The notes: generated by a model from the letters alone, not told the origin. A DNA stretch of 47,782 bases from an uncultured Myxococcia bacterium (GCA_964471535.1 CAYYHA010000003.1:18031-65812), one strand, 5' to 3'; positions 33,569 to 42,826 are shown, counted from the stretch's first letter. Made by a program: numbers and translations.

Positions 33569-34432
33569 CTAGAGGGCGCCGATCCAGCGGTCCCGATACT
33601 CGGCGGCGAAGGGCGAGTCACCGGTGAGCACCAGGACTCGGTAGGGCTCTCCCGTCTCGTCCTCCCGCACCGCTCGGCGCAGGCGCAGATGGTGCATCTT
33701 CCGCCCATGGGTCAGGATCAAGGTGCGGCGCCGTGCTTCCCACTTCCCGGTGATCGTGCGCCCCCGTTCGTCGGGGTCGTTGGGTGCATAGACCCAACGA
33801 AAGGTTCCGTCATGGTAGAGCGTGAGGAAGCGCTCAGGTGCGCCCTCGGGCCCAGCCGCCCAGGCACCCACGTTGGGCTCTTTCGTCGGATTGTACTTCA
33901 ACCGGCCCGCGGCAGTGAGCGGGCGGCCCCGTTGCCGCAGTTGCACATCGCTCAAGCACACGAGCGGTCCGCTCCCTGAAGTCGCCACGACTTCGAACAC
34001 CACCCGCTCGCTGCGCAGCGGTGGATCGAGCTTCACCGCCACGGCTCGGCGTGCATCGGGCAGGTCCACGGTGCGCTCGTACCCAGGCTCGCGGATCCGC
34101 AGCCGCGCGACCCGCCGCGCGCGCTCGAAATGCGCCGTGCTCCGCTGATCGCCATTCACGATGCGCAGCTCCGTCACCTTCGGCCGCCGCTTGAAGCCGA
34201 TCTCCAGTCGCGGCGGGCGCCCTTCCTGCCACTCCCAGCAGGTGACGGTCTGACGCCGCCCATCGAAGAGGTTCCCAGGGAAGTAGAGCGTGGGCCGACG
34301 CCGGGCCTTTGCATAGTGCTCAGCCTTCACATAGCCGATGGCCGGCCCCCCTGCGCGGGCGCCGGCCGGTGTCACGATTGCGACGGCGCCGAGCAACAGG
34401 AGGCCCCAGCCCGAGTGCCCCCTTACAAACAT
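33569..34432 (-). CDS. Secreted basic protein with discoidin/NADase-type glycan-binding-like domain and C-terminal beta domain
   Basis: Signal peptide ARA-G; YFPGNLFDG...W...LEIGF...VTELRIVNG...RVARLRI...VCLSDVQL. Confidence 0.55.
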   Translation of the reverse strand: MFVRGHSGWGLLLLGAVAIVTPAGARAGGPAIGYVKAEHYAKARRRPTLYFPGNLFDGRRQTVTCWEWQEGRPPRLEIGFKRRPKVTELRIVNGDQRSTAHFERARRVARLRIREPGYERTVDLPDARRAVAVKLDPPLRSERVVFEVVATSGSGPLVCLSDVQLRQRGRPLTAAGRLKYNPTKEPNVGAWAAGPEGAPERFLTLYHDGTFRWVYAPNDPDERGRTITGKWEARRRTLILTHGRKMHHLRLRRAVREDETGEPYRVLVLTGDSPFAAEYRDRWIGAL

Positions 34433-34672
34433 GTCGGCGAGGGTAACAGAGTCGCGCGACGGTTTGAACTTTCCGGCGGCTCCGCACTAAGGTTCCGCGA
34501 CCGAACGGAGCCCGGAGTGGACGCGGTGGGCAAGCCGGTGCGTCGCGAGTCGATGTGACGCACGAACGCGGTGAGCCCGTCGCGTCGCCGGGGTGGGGAG
34601 ACCCGCCGGCGGAAGACAGCGCCGGAGGGTGGATTCCGGGCGGAACCACCAGGCAAGAGGAGAACCCCACCG

Positions 34673-36718
34673 ATGTCCCGACCGCATTGCTTCGTCTCGC
34701 TCGCGATCCTCCTTCTGGCCCTGCAGGCGGCCCCCTCGGTCGCCGCACCGAGACTGAGCGGCCCCGCCGTAGATGGGCCGGTGATCTCCGTCGAGGAGAT
34801 CGGGCCGGGATTCCGCCCCAAGGACCTCACCGACCAGGCCGCCTTCCGCCGGCAGCTCGACCGCCTCTCCGAGGGGGAGCGTCGCCTGCCCCAGCCGCCC
34901 CGGCACGAAGCCCTGCCCCGGCCGGTGGATCTCGCGGACATCGTCGTGCTCGAGGCGGACATGTGTGACCGCGGCTGTATCAACTACGAAGTGCAGTACC
35001 AGCAGGGGTACCCCTTCTTCGGTGTCGACCAGACGGAGGTCGTGCGGCGCGCCATTGCCGCGACGGGGGACGACTACGACGTGGTGGTGATCTGGACCAC
35101 CTACTTCACCTACACCTTCGGAGGCGCTTTCTATGCGCCCATCGCCAACGAAGTCCGCGGTATCAACGGCGATCAGTCGGGCAGCTTCCCCACGGAAACC
35201 TACAACCGCGGCCCCCAGTTCTACGGCGGCTCCCGGCTCCGGGGGCTCATCGACATGCACGTCTGGTATCAGTGTGACCTCTGGAACGACTTCGGCCTCC
35301 CCTGCGATCTCGAAGCCCCCTTCCGCGAGAATTTCTTTACGCCGTACGCGACGCTCGCCCAGGAGATCGGCCACCAGTGGGGTGCCTTCGTCGAGGTGGC
35401 GCGGGGGAGCCGGCGCGCACTCCTCGGTCGCGACGACGCCCACTGGAGCTACTACATGGATTCCGATGGGTCGCCCATGGAGGGGAACGATTGGATCGAC
35501 AACGGTGACGGCACCTTCACCGTCAATCCGGAGCAGCGGACGATGACCGCCGCATACAACGATCTCGATCTCTACCTGATGGGGCTGAAGCGACCCGAGG
35601 AGGTGCGAAGCTGGTTCGTCATCGTCAACCCGGATCCCCGTGTGGATGTGGCGACGCCGCCCTGGCCCACCGAGGGGCAAAATGGCGCCGGCCCGGGCAC
35701 GGTCAGCGGCCAGAAGATGAGCTACACGGTGCAAGACGTCATCGAGGCCGAGGGGCCTCGCGTCCCCACCGCCGATGAGTCGTCCAAGCTCCATCGCGAA
35801 CTCTGGGTCCTCGTCCACCTGCCCATCGACGATGCGAATCCCATGAACCAGGAGCGGGATACGAGCGCCAACGTCGAGTACCGGCTCGGTCAGCTCGAGA
35901 AGTTCCGACGCCACTGGAACGAGATGTTCTACCGGATCACCGACAACCGGATGCGCGCCATCACCACCAGCAGCGGCCGCGACGACTACCCCTACTGGAC
36001 CTTCAAGATCTCTTCCGAAGGCTGGCAGGCGAACGACCCCGACGGTGTCCTCCTCTCCAACGACGACGACCGTCTGTGGCTCGACGCCAGCATCGCCGAT
36101 CCCGGCATCGTCAACCACGCGGTGAAGATCGACGCCGATGCCTACCCCTCGCTGACCGTGGCCTTCGCCGCCCCCGAGGGTGCAGAGGGGCCCGCGTACT
36201 TCTCCTGGTCCACCGTGGCCGACGGCGGTTTCCCCCCGGAGAACAACGTGGCGCTTCCGGTGATCCCCGACGGCCGGACCCACACCTATGTGGTGAACCT
36301 GGCCCAGGTCCCCCAGTGGTCCGGGTTGGTCGATGGGCTGCGGCTGGTGGTGGGCTCGCAGATTCCAAAGGCCAACAGCAGCTTCACCATCTCGCTCGTC
36401 TCGCTCTCGACCGATCTCATTGCGGATGCCGACGGCGACCTCCATCCCGACTTCGACGACAACTGTGTCGACGTCGCCAACCCGGGCAACGCCGATGCCG
36501 ACGGGGATGGCATCGGTGACGCCTGTGAGCCCGACACCGATCTCGACGGCCTGATCGACGACCTCGACCCCTGCCCCAACGACCCCGCCGATGCCTGCGA
36601 GGCAGCCCAGGCGGCCGGCGGCGGCTGCGGGTGCACCACGGGCGGACGTTCGGCGGGGCTGGCAGGCCTCTTCCTGGCACTGCTCGGCCTCCGGCGTCGG
36701 CGCACACCAGGATCTTGA
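34673..36718 (+). CDS. MYXO-CTERM surface protein: zincin-like domain, CBM-like domain, TSP type-3 repeats
   Basis: Signal peptide; AQEIGHQWG...DDAHWS; DADGDLHPDFDDNC...DADGDGIGDAC...DTDLDGLIDDLDPCP; C-terminal GGCGC-hydrophobic-RRRR. Confidence 0.85.
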   Translation: MSRPHCFVSLAILLLALQAAPSVAAPRLSGPAVDGPVISVEEIGPGFRPKDLTDQAAFRRQLDRLSEGERRLPQPPRHEALPRPVDLADIVVLEADMCDRGCINYEVQYQQGYPFFGVDQTEVVRRAIAATGDDYDVVVIWTTYFTYTFGGAFYAPIANEVRGINGDQSGSFPTETYNRGPQFYGGSRLRGLIDMHVWYQCDLWNDFGLPCDLEAPFRENFFTPYATLAQEIGHQWGAFVEVARGSRRALLGRDDAHWSYYMDSDGSPMEGNDWIDNGDGTFTVNPEQRTMTAAYNDLDLYLMGLKRPEEVRSWFVIVNPDPRVDVATPPWPTEGQNGAGPGTVSGQKMSYTVQDVIEAEGPRVPTADESSKLHRELWVLVHLPIDDANPMNQERDTSANVEYRLGQLEKFRRHWNEMFYRITDNRMRAITTSSGRDDYPYWTFKISSEGWQANDPDGVLLSNDDDRLWLDASIADPGIVNHAVKIDADAYPSLTVAFAAPEGAEGPAYFSWSTVADGGFPPENNVALPVIPDGRTHTYVVNLAQVPQWSGLVDGLRLVVGSQIPKANSSFTISLVSLSTDLIADADGDLHPDFDDNCVDVANPGNADADGDGIGDACEPDTDLDGLIDDLDPCPNDPADACEAAQAAGGGCGCTTGGRSAGLAGLFLALLGLRRRRTPGS

Positions 36719-36743
36719 CGCGCCTGCCGGCCGCGCCTACCTT
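36715..36743 (+). promoter_or_regulatory. Sigma-70-type promoter for tRNA-Gly
   Basis: TTGACG-17 nt-TACCTT ending 13 nt upstream of the tRNA; the -35 box overlaps the upstream stop codon. Confidence 0.65.
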
Positions 36744-36756
36744 CCGCAACCCAGAA

Positions 36757-36832
36757 GCGGGCGTAGCTCAGTTGGTAGAGCATCAGCTTCCCAAGCTGAG
36801 GGTCGCCGGTTCGAGTCCGGTCGCCCGCTCCA
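36757..36832 (+). tRNA. tRNA-Gly (anticodon CCC)
   Basis: 76 nt; acceptor GCGGGCG/CGCCCGC, D-arm GCTC/GAGC, anticodon arm TCAGC-TTCCCAA-GCTGA, T-loop TTCGAGT, discriminator T, encoded CCA. Confidence 0.98.
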
Positions 36833-36869
36833 CGCTCCCTCTCCGGCACCTCTGGTGCCCGAGACGACG

Positions 36870-37565
36870 ATGAGCGCCTCGCCTTCCCTCGCTGGCCTAC
36901 CGCCGGTGATCTTGGTTCACGGGCTCCTCGATTCGAGCCGAAAGATGCGTCGCTTGGGAGAGGCGCTGCGCGCCCACGGGCACCCAGCGGTGAGCACGAT
37001 CGATCTCCGCCCCCGCTTCGGGCGCGCCCCCATCGCCCACTACGCGCAGCAGCTCGACCGGCATGCCGACGCTCTGCGCCGGGAGCGCGGTGCCGAGCGT
37101 CTCGACGTGGTGGGCTTCAGCATGGGCGCACTGGTCGCGCGCTATTGGATCCAGCGCGGAGGGGGACGGCCCAAGGTGCGTCGCTTCGTCTCACTCGCCG
37201 GTCCCCATGGGGGGAGCCTCTGGGCCTTTCTCGCCCCGCTGCCGGCCGTGCGCGAGATGCGGCCGGGCAGCGCGCTGCTCACGGATCTCGAGCGCGACCG
37301 GGACCCATGGGGTGAGGTACGGGTCTACTCGCTGTGGACGCCCTGGGATCTCATGGTCGTGCCGGGGCGCAGCGGACAGCTCTCGCAGGGGATCGCCATA
37401 CGGACCGCGGGTGTGCTCACCCATCCTGGCATGGTACGCAGCCCGGTCGTCGTGGACGCGGTGCTCCGCGCCTTGGCCGAGCGCGAGCCGGAACGCAGCG
37501 GGCGCGAGCACGGTGGGAACGCGCCCACCTCCGCTTGCGAGCCCCAGGGCGCCAGGAGACGTTGA
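36870..37565 (+). CDS. Small alpha/beta-hydrolase lipase/esterase
   Basis: PVILVHG, nucleophile elbow GFSMG, LAGPHGG, DLMVVP (Asp), THPGM (His); no signal peptide. Confidence 0.88.
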   Translation: MSASPSLAGLPPVILVHGLLDSSRKMRRLGEALRAHGHPAVSTIDLRPRFGRAPIAHYAQQLDRHADALRRERGAERLDVVGFSMGALVARYWIQRGGGRPKVRRFVSLAGPHGGSLWAFLAPLPAVREMRPGSALLTDLERDRDPWGEVRVYSLWTPWDLMVVPGRSGQLSQGIAIRTAGVLTHPGMVRSPVVVDAVLRALAEREPERSGREHGGNAPTSACEPQGARRR

Positions 37566-37599
37566 CGCAACCGCCCCTGCTGAGAACACTCTGCGCGCG

Positions 37600-38007
37600 A
37601 TGATCGATCGTCGAGCCGTGTGGTGTCTGCTACTGCTCCTCGCCGCCGGGTGCACGGCGGTCGACCACGCGCGGGTTCCTCAGGGCCCCCGGGACGTCCT
37701 GGTGACCACCTCCGACGTCGGCGTCCCCTACGAGAGCCTGGGTCCGGTGCAGGCCACCCGCCGCGGCGTCTACCTCTTTGGCTTCGTCGACCCGGCGGGT
37801 GTCAACCTCGATGCCACCCTCCACGAGGTCCTGCTCCCTGAGCTGCGAAAGATGGGGGCCGACGCCATCATCAACGTTCGCTTCGAGCAAACGCAGTACA
37901 CGCTCGCCAGCAAGATCTTCGGCGCCCTCTTCTTTTTCGCCCCGCTGCCGGGAGAGGTGAACATCCGGGGCGAGGCCATCCGCTTCACCGGAGAGAAACC
38001 GCGATGA
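37600..38007 (+). CDS. YbjQ-like/TRL-like lipoprotein, copy 1
   Basis: LAAG-C lipobox; VTTSDVGVPYESLGPV...LRKMGADAIINVRF...IRGEAIRF. Confidence 0.75.
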   Translation: MIDRRAVWCLLLLLAAGCTAVDHARVPQGPRDVLVTTSDVGVPYESLGPVQATRRGVYLFGFVDPAGVNLDATLHEVLLPELRKMGADAIINVRFEQTQYTLASKIFGALFFFAPLPGEVNIRGEAIRFTGEKPR

Positions 38008-38540
38008 ACGAGAGGCCTCTCCATCGCCGTCGGCCGCGTCACTCGGCCCCCTTTCCCGCCCGCTCCTGTCCTGCGGGGACGCATCGAGCCAGGCTCGGAG
38101 CCGGGATGTGCACCTTGCTCCTCGGCGCCCTCGCCCTCCTCGCCGGCGGCTGCTCGGTGGTGGTACGGGGCTCCCCTCTCTCGGGCCGCCCTGGCCGGCC
38201 CGATCGGATCTACCTGTCCACGGGAGGCTCGCCGCGACCCTACCGGACCCTCGGCTTCGTTCAGGTGCAAGGCTACGGCGTGGAGGTCGCCGGGCTGGCG
38301 CAGGTGGGCGACGCGGCCCTCGACGGCACCCTCCAGGGCGCCCTCGTCCAGGCCGCCTCGCAGATGGGGGGAGACGGGGTCATCCACATCGAGTTTCTCG
38401 ACACCAACCCCAGCACGCCGGTGGAGCGCGCTCAGGCCGCCGCCAAGACGGTGCAGAACTTAAGCTCGGGCTCTGGCGGCGTCGAGACGAAGAACCGCGT
38501 GGTGATCGCGACGGGCGAAGTCATCCAATTCCTCGAGTAG
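38004..38540 (+). CDS. YbjQ-like lipoprotein, copy 2 (alternative start 38106)
   Basis: LAGG-C lipobox; LSTGGSPRPYRTLGFV...ASQMGGDGVIHIEF...ATGEVIQF; ATGA overlap with copy 1. Confidence 0.75.
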   Translation: MNERPLHRRRPRHSAPFPARSCPAGTHRARLGAGMCTLLLGALALLAGGCSVVVRGSPLSGRPGRPDRIYLSTGGSPRPYRTLGFVQVQGYGVEVAGLAQVGDAALDGTLQGALVQAASQMGGDGVIHIEFLDTNPSTPVERAQAAAKTVQNLSSGSGGVETKNRVVIATGEVIQFLE

Positions 38541-38544
38541 ACCC

Positions 38545-39012
38545 ATGAAACGACGCGTCCTTGCCGCTCTCCTCCTCGCCTGCCTCTCGCCGCTTGGCTG
38601 CACCGTCATCAACACGGCGAGGGTTCCTTCCGACCGCTCGGGCGATCACATCTTCGTCAGCGCCGGCGACATCCCCGAGCCCTACGAATCGCTGGGCATG
38701 ATCCAGGTCACGCGCAGCGGGCTCTTGCTCTTCGGCTTCATCGACCTCGTCGGCACCGACCTTCAGGCCGGCTTCGAGAAAGTGCTGATCCCCGAGATCG
38801 AACGCCTCGGTGGTGACGGCGCGATCAACGCGCACTTCCATATGACGCAGTACACGCCCATCACCAAGGCACTCTTCGCCTTTCCCTTCTTCTTCATTCC
38901 CCTGCCGTCTGAGGTGACGATCAGTGCCGAGGTCGTGCGCCTCATCGACAAGCCGGACGCCGCCGCCGAACCGAGCCGCCCACCACTTCCAGGGAGCGTC
39001 GCTCCGCACTAG
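38545..39012 (+). CDS. YbjQ-like/TRL-like lipoprotein, copy 3
   Basis: PLG-C lipobox; VSAGDIPEPYESLGMIQVTR...IERLGGDGAINAHF...ISAEVVRL; clear paralog of copy 1. Confidence 0.75.
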   Translation: MKRRVLAALLLACLSPLGCTVINTARVPSDRSGDHIFVSAGDIPEPYESLGMIQVTRSGLLLFGFIDLVGTDLQAGFEKVLIPEIERLGGDGAINAHFHMTQYTPITKALFAFPFFFIPLPSEVTISAEVVRLIDKPDAAAEPSRPPLPGSVAPH

Positions 39013-39037
39013 CGCAGTGTGCGGCGGTGCGACGCCG

Positions 39038-39349
39038 TCAGCCCGATGCGCGAGGGGAGCGCACCACCGAGAGGGCCTGCAGCATCGCCTCGTCCTCCGG
39101 GGTCGCCTCGGGTCCGTAGGGGACGGCCCAGGTCCCCCGAACCGAGCCGTCGCGGCTACGCAGAGCCAGCAGGATGGCTTCGTCCTCTGGGTCGGTCTCC
39201 CCTTCGAAGCGAAGGATCTCGTCGACGACCAGTGTGGCTGGATCGAGTAGGCGCTTCGAGTGCGTGGCCCGCAGGCCGCCCGCCTCCGCCTTGAAGTCCT
39301 CCAGGTAGCCCGCTCGCGTCAGCCGGTCCACTTCTTGAGCCATCTCCAT
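39038..39349 (-). CDS. Small acidic conserved hypothetical protein
   Basis: L..AGY..DF...VDEILRFEGETDPEDEAILLAL...GTWAVPYG resembles a small-protein family often labelled 'phosphoribosylpyrophosphate synthetase' although it lacks PRS motifs. Confidence 0.7.
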   Translation of the reverse strand: MEMAQEVDRLTRAGYLEDFKAEAGGLRATHSKRLLDPATLVVDEILRFEGETDPEDEAILLALRSRDGSVRGTWAVPYGPEATPEDEAMLQALSVVRSPRASG

Positions 39350-39430
39350 CCTCGACCCTCCTGTCATCTCGGAAGGTACGTGCGCGTGCGGGCTACGCAA
39401 GCCCACGCATCGCGCCCCGGCCTCCGCCGA

Positions 39431-42400
39431 TCAGGCCCTGGCGCCTTCGCCCACCTCGCGGAGTCGCGGCTCGACGAGCCGGAGCGCAAGCCTCACCTCG
39501 TGGTGGGTCTCGGCCAAGCCCCGTCCCGCGTTCAGGATCGCCTGCGCCTCCACCAGATGGCCCCCTCGCGCCTCCCCGGGCGGCGACAGCTCCGCGTGGC
39601 TCACGTGGAGCAGGGCTCGCAGGACGTCTGCGGCGCCGCGCAGCCCAGGGTCCGAGACCTCGCCTGCGATCGCCCGGACCTCCTCGAAGAGCGACTCGGC
39701 GGCCCAGGGGTCCCCGCGCAGGCACTCCACGACGGCGAGATAGGCGCACGCGAGAAGCTGCGGGCCACGTTGGCCGACCTCGCGCGCGTCGTCGCCGGCT
39801 TGCTTCAGCCACGCCTCCGCCCGGTCCAGACGGCCCTGGTGGGCATGGATGATCCCGAGGTAGGTCTTGCACTCGATTTCGAAGTGGCGGTTGCCGAGCC
39901 TCTCGTGGGCCCTGCGCGCTGCCTCGTACGCCTCGAGCGCCGCATCCAGCCGGCCGGCATCGAGCCGGCACAGCCCAAGGTAAGAGAGCACCGCGGCCTC
40001 CGAGCGCTGATTTCCCACCTCGCGATGCGCCCGGAGCGCCTCTGTCAGGATCTGCTCCGCCCGGCGGTAGTCGCGCCGTGCGACGTGGGTGAGAGCCAGG
40101 TTTCCCAAGAACATGGCCTCGTGTCGGCGGTCCCCAAGCTCCCTGAGCCGGGTGATGGCCCGGTGGTACCACCGTGCCCCTGCTTCGTAGTCGCCAAGGC
40201 TGCTGCAGGTGCCACCGACGTTGCCCATCGCCAGCGCCTCGAGCCGCAGGTCGCCGGCGTCGCGGGCGAGCTGTGCCGCCTCCTCCTGAAGCTTCTTGGC
40301 GCGTTCGACCTCGCCACGGACCGCGGCAAAGGTGCCCATCAGGCGCTTTCCATGGCTGCGCAGGGCCGGATCTTCAGCCTCGAGGAGCCGCGCCGCCATC
40401 GCTTCGCCTTCCTCGTGCTCTCCGAGGCGGAAGAGGAGCCGTCCCCGGCGCCACACCAGCTCGAGGGACAGCCGTTCATCGGCAACAGATGCGGCGAGCT
40501 GGTAGGCGCGGTCGAGGAGCCGGCGATGCGCGTCACCTGGGCCACGCCCGTCGAGCACGGTGTCGGCCACAAGGGCTGCACGCACGGCATCCCGGGGTGA
40601 ATCTGCGGCGGCTCGCTCGAACACGGCGAGCAGGTTCTCAAGTTCGCGCCGGAGCATCCGAAGCATCAGCGGGCCAGCAGGACCGGCGGTAGCCCGTGCC
40701 CAGAGTTCGCCGTGCTCCAGGAAATAGCGCGCGTGTCGCTTCGTGGCCTCCCTCGTGGCGCCGCAGGCATCGAGCTTCTCTGCCGCAAGGGCGTGCACCG
40801 ACTCGAAGAGCGCATACCGCGGCGTTCCGGACGCCGGCGCCTCGACCTGCCGCAGCAGGGACTTCCCTTCCAGGCTCTGCACGACCGTGGAGATCTCAAA
40901 CCCTGCTTCTGCCCCGTCGAGGACCACCACGGCCTCCGCCGCGTCGAGATCGAAGCCGCCACGGAAGACCGAGAGCTGGGCGAGCGTCGTTCGTTCCGCC
41001 TGCGAGAGCATTTCCCACGACCACTCGATGGCCGCCCGGAGGCTCTCCCATTTGGCGCCGGCCGCTCCCCGCAAGAGGTCGAGGCGCCGATCGATGCGCG
41101 CGAGCAGCTGCGACGGGGCGAAGACATCGGACCGCGCAGCAGCCAGCTCGATGGCCAGGGGCATGCAATCGAGTCGTCGGACCAGCTCCATCAGGGGCGC
41201 CTGCTCCGCCTCTTCCAGACTGAAGTCTGGGCGCACCGCGCGTGCCCGCGAGAGGAAGAGGTCGATCGCCTCCTCCACCTCGAGACCGGCGAGGGGAATC
41301 TCCCGCTCCTCGGGGAGGCGCAGCGGGTGACGCGATGTGAGCAGGTAGCGGAGCCGCGGGAGGCTGCTGCACCACCGCTCGAGAAGCCGCCGAACCGTGC
41401 GGTCGACCTGTTCTACGTTGTCGACGATGAGCAGGGCCTCCCCCATCCCTGCGAGGGCCTGTGTGAGCGCCTCCTCTGCTGCCTCGGGCTCGCGAACTCC
41501 GTCGAGAGGCACTGCGAGGGCCTCGGCAAAGGCGTAGTACACCCCGGAGGCACTGCGTGCCTCGGAGAGATCGACGAAGCACACGCCACCAGGGAAAGCA
41601 GCCGCGGCTCGTGGGTCGTGCGCGAGCCTGAGGGCCAAGGTGGTTTTGCCAGCGCCTCCGGGGCCGCGTAGCGTCACGACCGGCGCCTCGTCGAGCGCCT
41701 GCACCAAGGCCCGCAGCTCCGCCTCCCGGCCGACGAACGCGGAAGGGGGTGGGGGAAGACGCAGCCCACGCAGCGAGCCTTCCAGCGTGATTGCGAAGGT
41801 GCTCGCAACGGTCGGCACAGGCATCCCCGTCTGCTCCACCTCGGCGATCTCCGCCCTCGCCTCGAGGCGTGCCCTCGCCTCCTGCACCACCGCTCCGATC
41901 CGGGCGGCGGAGGGGATGATACCCAGCGCGGGAAAGAGCGCTTCGAGGCCATCGGCGAACACCCCGCAGCCCGCTGGGCGATCCTCGCGCCGCCGAGAGA
42001 GCACTCGCAGCACCCACGCCTCCAGGGCCGCTGCATAGCTCGGTACCACGGTGCTCGGGGGTGGCGGTGCGCACGCAATCACCTGCCGCAGGATCTCGTG
42101 ATCACTCTCGCCGTCGAAAGGCCGCACGCCGGTGGTCAGCTCATAGAGGACGACACCGAGTGAGAACAGGTCACTGCGCGCATCGACGTGCTCTCCCAAT
42201 GCCTGCTCGGGTGAAGCATAGCGGGCCTTTCCCACAAAGGTATCTGACGGCAAATCCGTGCGCTGCGTACGTGCGCGTGCGATTCCAAAGTCGAGGATCT
42301 TCACCGCCCCATCGACGGTGACGAGCACATTTTCGGGAGAAACGTCACGGTGGACGATTCCCAAGGGCCGCCCCTCTGTGTCACACTTCGTATGCGCATA

Positions 42401-42826
42401 CTCGAGTCCTCGGGCCATCCCCACGACGATGGGAAGGGCGACATCCAACGGCAGCGGACCACCCATGGAGCGAAGGATCTGCCGCACGGTGAGACCCTCG
42501 AGGTACTCCATCGCGATGAACCACTGGCCGCTCTCGGCCTGTCCCACCTCGTAGATCTGCACGATGTTGGGATGGCGTAGGTCGGCGGCGGTTCGTGCCT
42601 CGTCCAGGAAGAGGCCAACGAAGCTCTCGTTCTCCGCAAGGTGCGGCAGGATCCGTTTGAGAACGACGAGTTTCTCGAAGCCCACGGCGCCGGCTTGGCG
42701 CGCGAGCAACACCTCCGCCATTCCGCCCCGGGCGAGTGGCCTCTGGATCTCGTAGCGGTCGCCGATGCGCCCTCGAGCCACGACCCTCGAGCCTAGCAGC
42801 TTCTGTGAAGGTGCCGCATGGCGCAT
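39431..42826 (-). CDS. Ser/Thr kinase fused to a STAND-like (NB-ARC/AfsR-type) NTPase and TPR repeats
   Basis: ARGGMAEV, VVLKRI, HRDVSPEN, DFGIA, YASPE; FVGREAEL, GPGGAGKT, LLIVDNVE, LDCMPLAIELAA; C-terminal TPRs. Confidence 0.92.
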   Translation of the reverse strand: MRHAAPSQKLLGSRVVARGRIGDRYEIQRPLARGGMAEVLLARQAGAVGFEKLVVLKRILPHLAENESFVGLFLDEARTAADLRHPNIVQIYEVGQAESGQWFIAMEYLEGLTVRQILRSMGGPLPLDVALPIVVGMARGLEYAHTKCDTEGRPLGIVHRDVSPENVLVTVDGAVKILDFGIARARTQRTDLPSDTFVGKARYASPEQALGEHVDARSDLFSLGVVLYELTTGVRPFDGESDHEILRQVIACAPPPPSTVVPSYAAALEAWVLRVLSRRREDRPAGCGVFADGLEALFPALGIIPSAARIGAVVQEARARLEARAEIAEVEQTGMPVPTVASTFAITLEGSLRGLRLPPPPSAFVGREAELRALVQALDEAPVVTLRGPGGAGKTTLALRLAHDPRAAAAFPGGVCFVDLSEARSASGVYYAFAEALAVPLDGVREPEAAEEALTQALAGMGEALLIVDNVEQVDRTVRRLLERWCSSLPRLRYLLTSRHPLRLPEEREIPLAGLEVEEAIDLFLSRARAVRPDFSLEEAEQAPLMELVRRLDCMPLAIELAAARSDVFAPSQLLARIDRRLDLLRGAAGAKWESLRAAIEWSWEMLSQAERTTLAQLSVFRGGFDLDAAEAVVVLDGAEAGFEISTVVQSLEGKSLLRQVEAPASGTPRYALFESVHALAAEKLDACGATREATKRHARYFLEHGELWARATAGPAGPLMLRMLRRELENLLAVFERAAADSPRDAVRAALVADTVLDGRGPGDAHRRLLDRAYQLAASVADERLSLELVWRRGRLLFRLGEHEEGEAMAARLLEAEDPALRSHGKRLMGTFAAVRGEVERAKKLQEEAAQLARDAGDLRLEALAMGNVGGTCSSLGDYEAGARWYHRAITRLRELGDRRHEAMFLGNLALTHVARRDYRRAEQILTEALRAHREVGNQRSEAAVLSYLGLCRLDAGRLDAALEAYEAARRAHERLGNRHFEIECKTYLGIIHAHQGRLDRAEAWLKQAGDDAREVGQRGPQLLACAYLAVVECLRGDPWAAESLFEEVRAIAGEVSDPGLRGAADVLRALLHVSHAELSPPGEARGGHLVEAQAILNAGRGLAETHHEVRLALRLVEPRLREVGEGARA

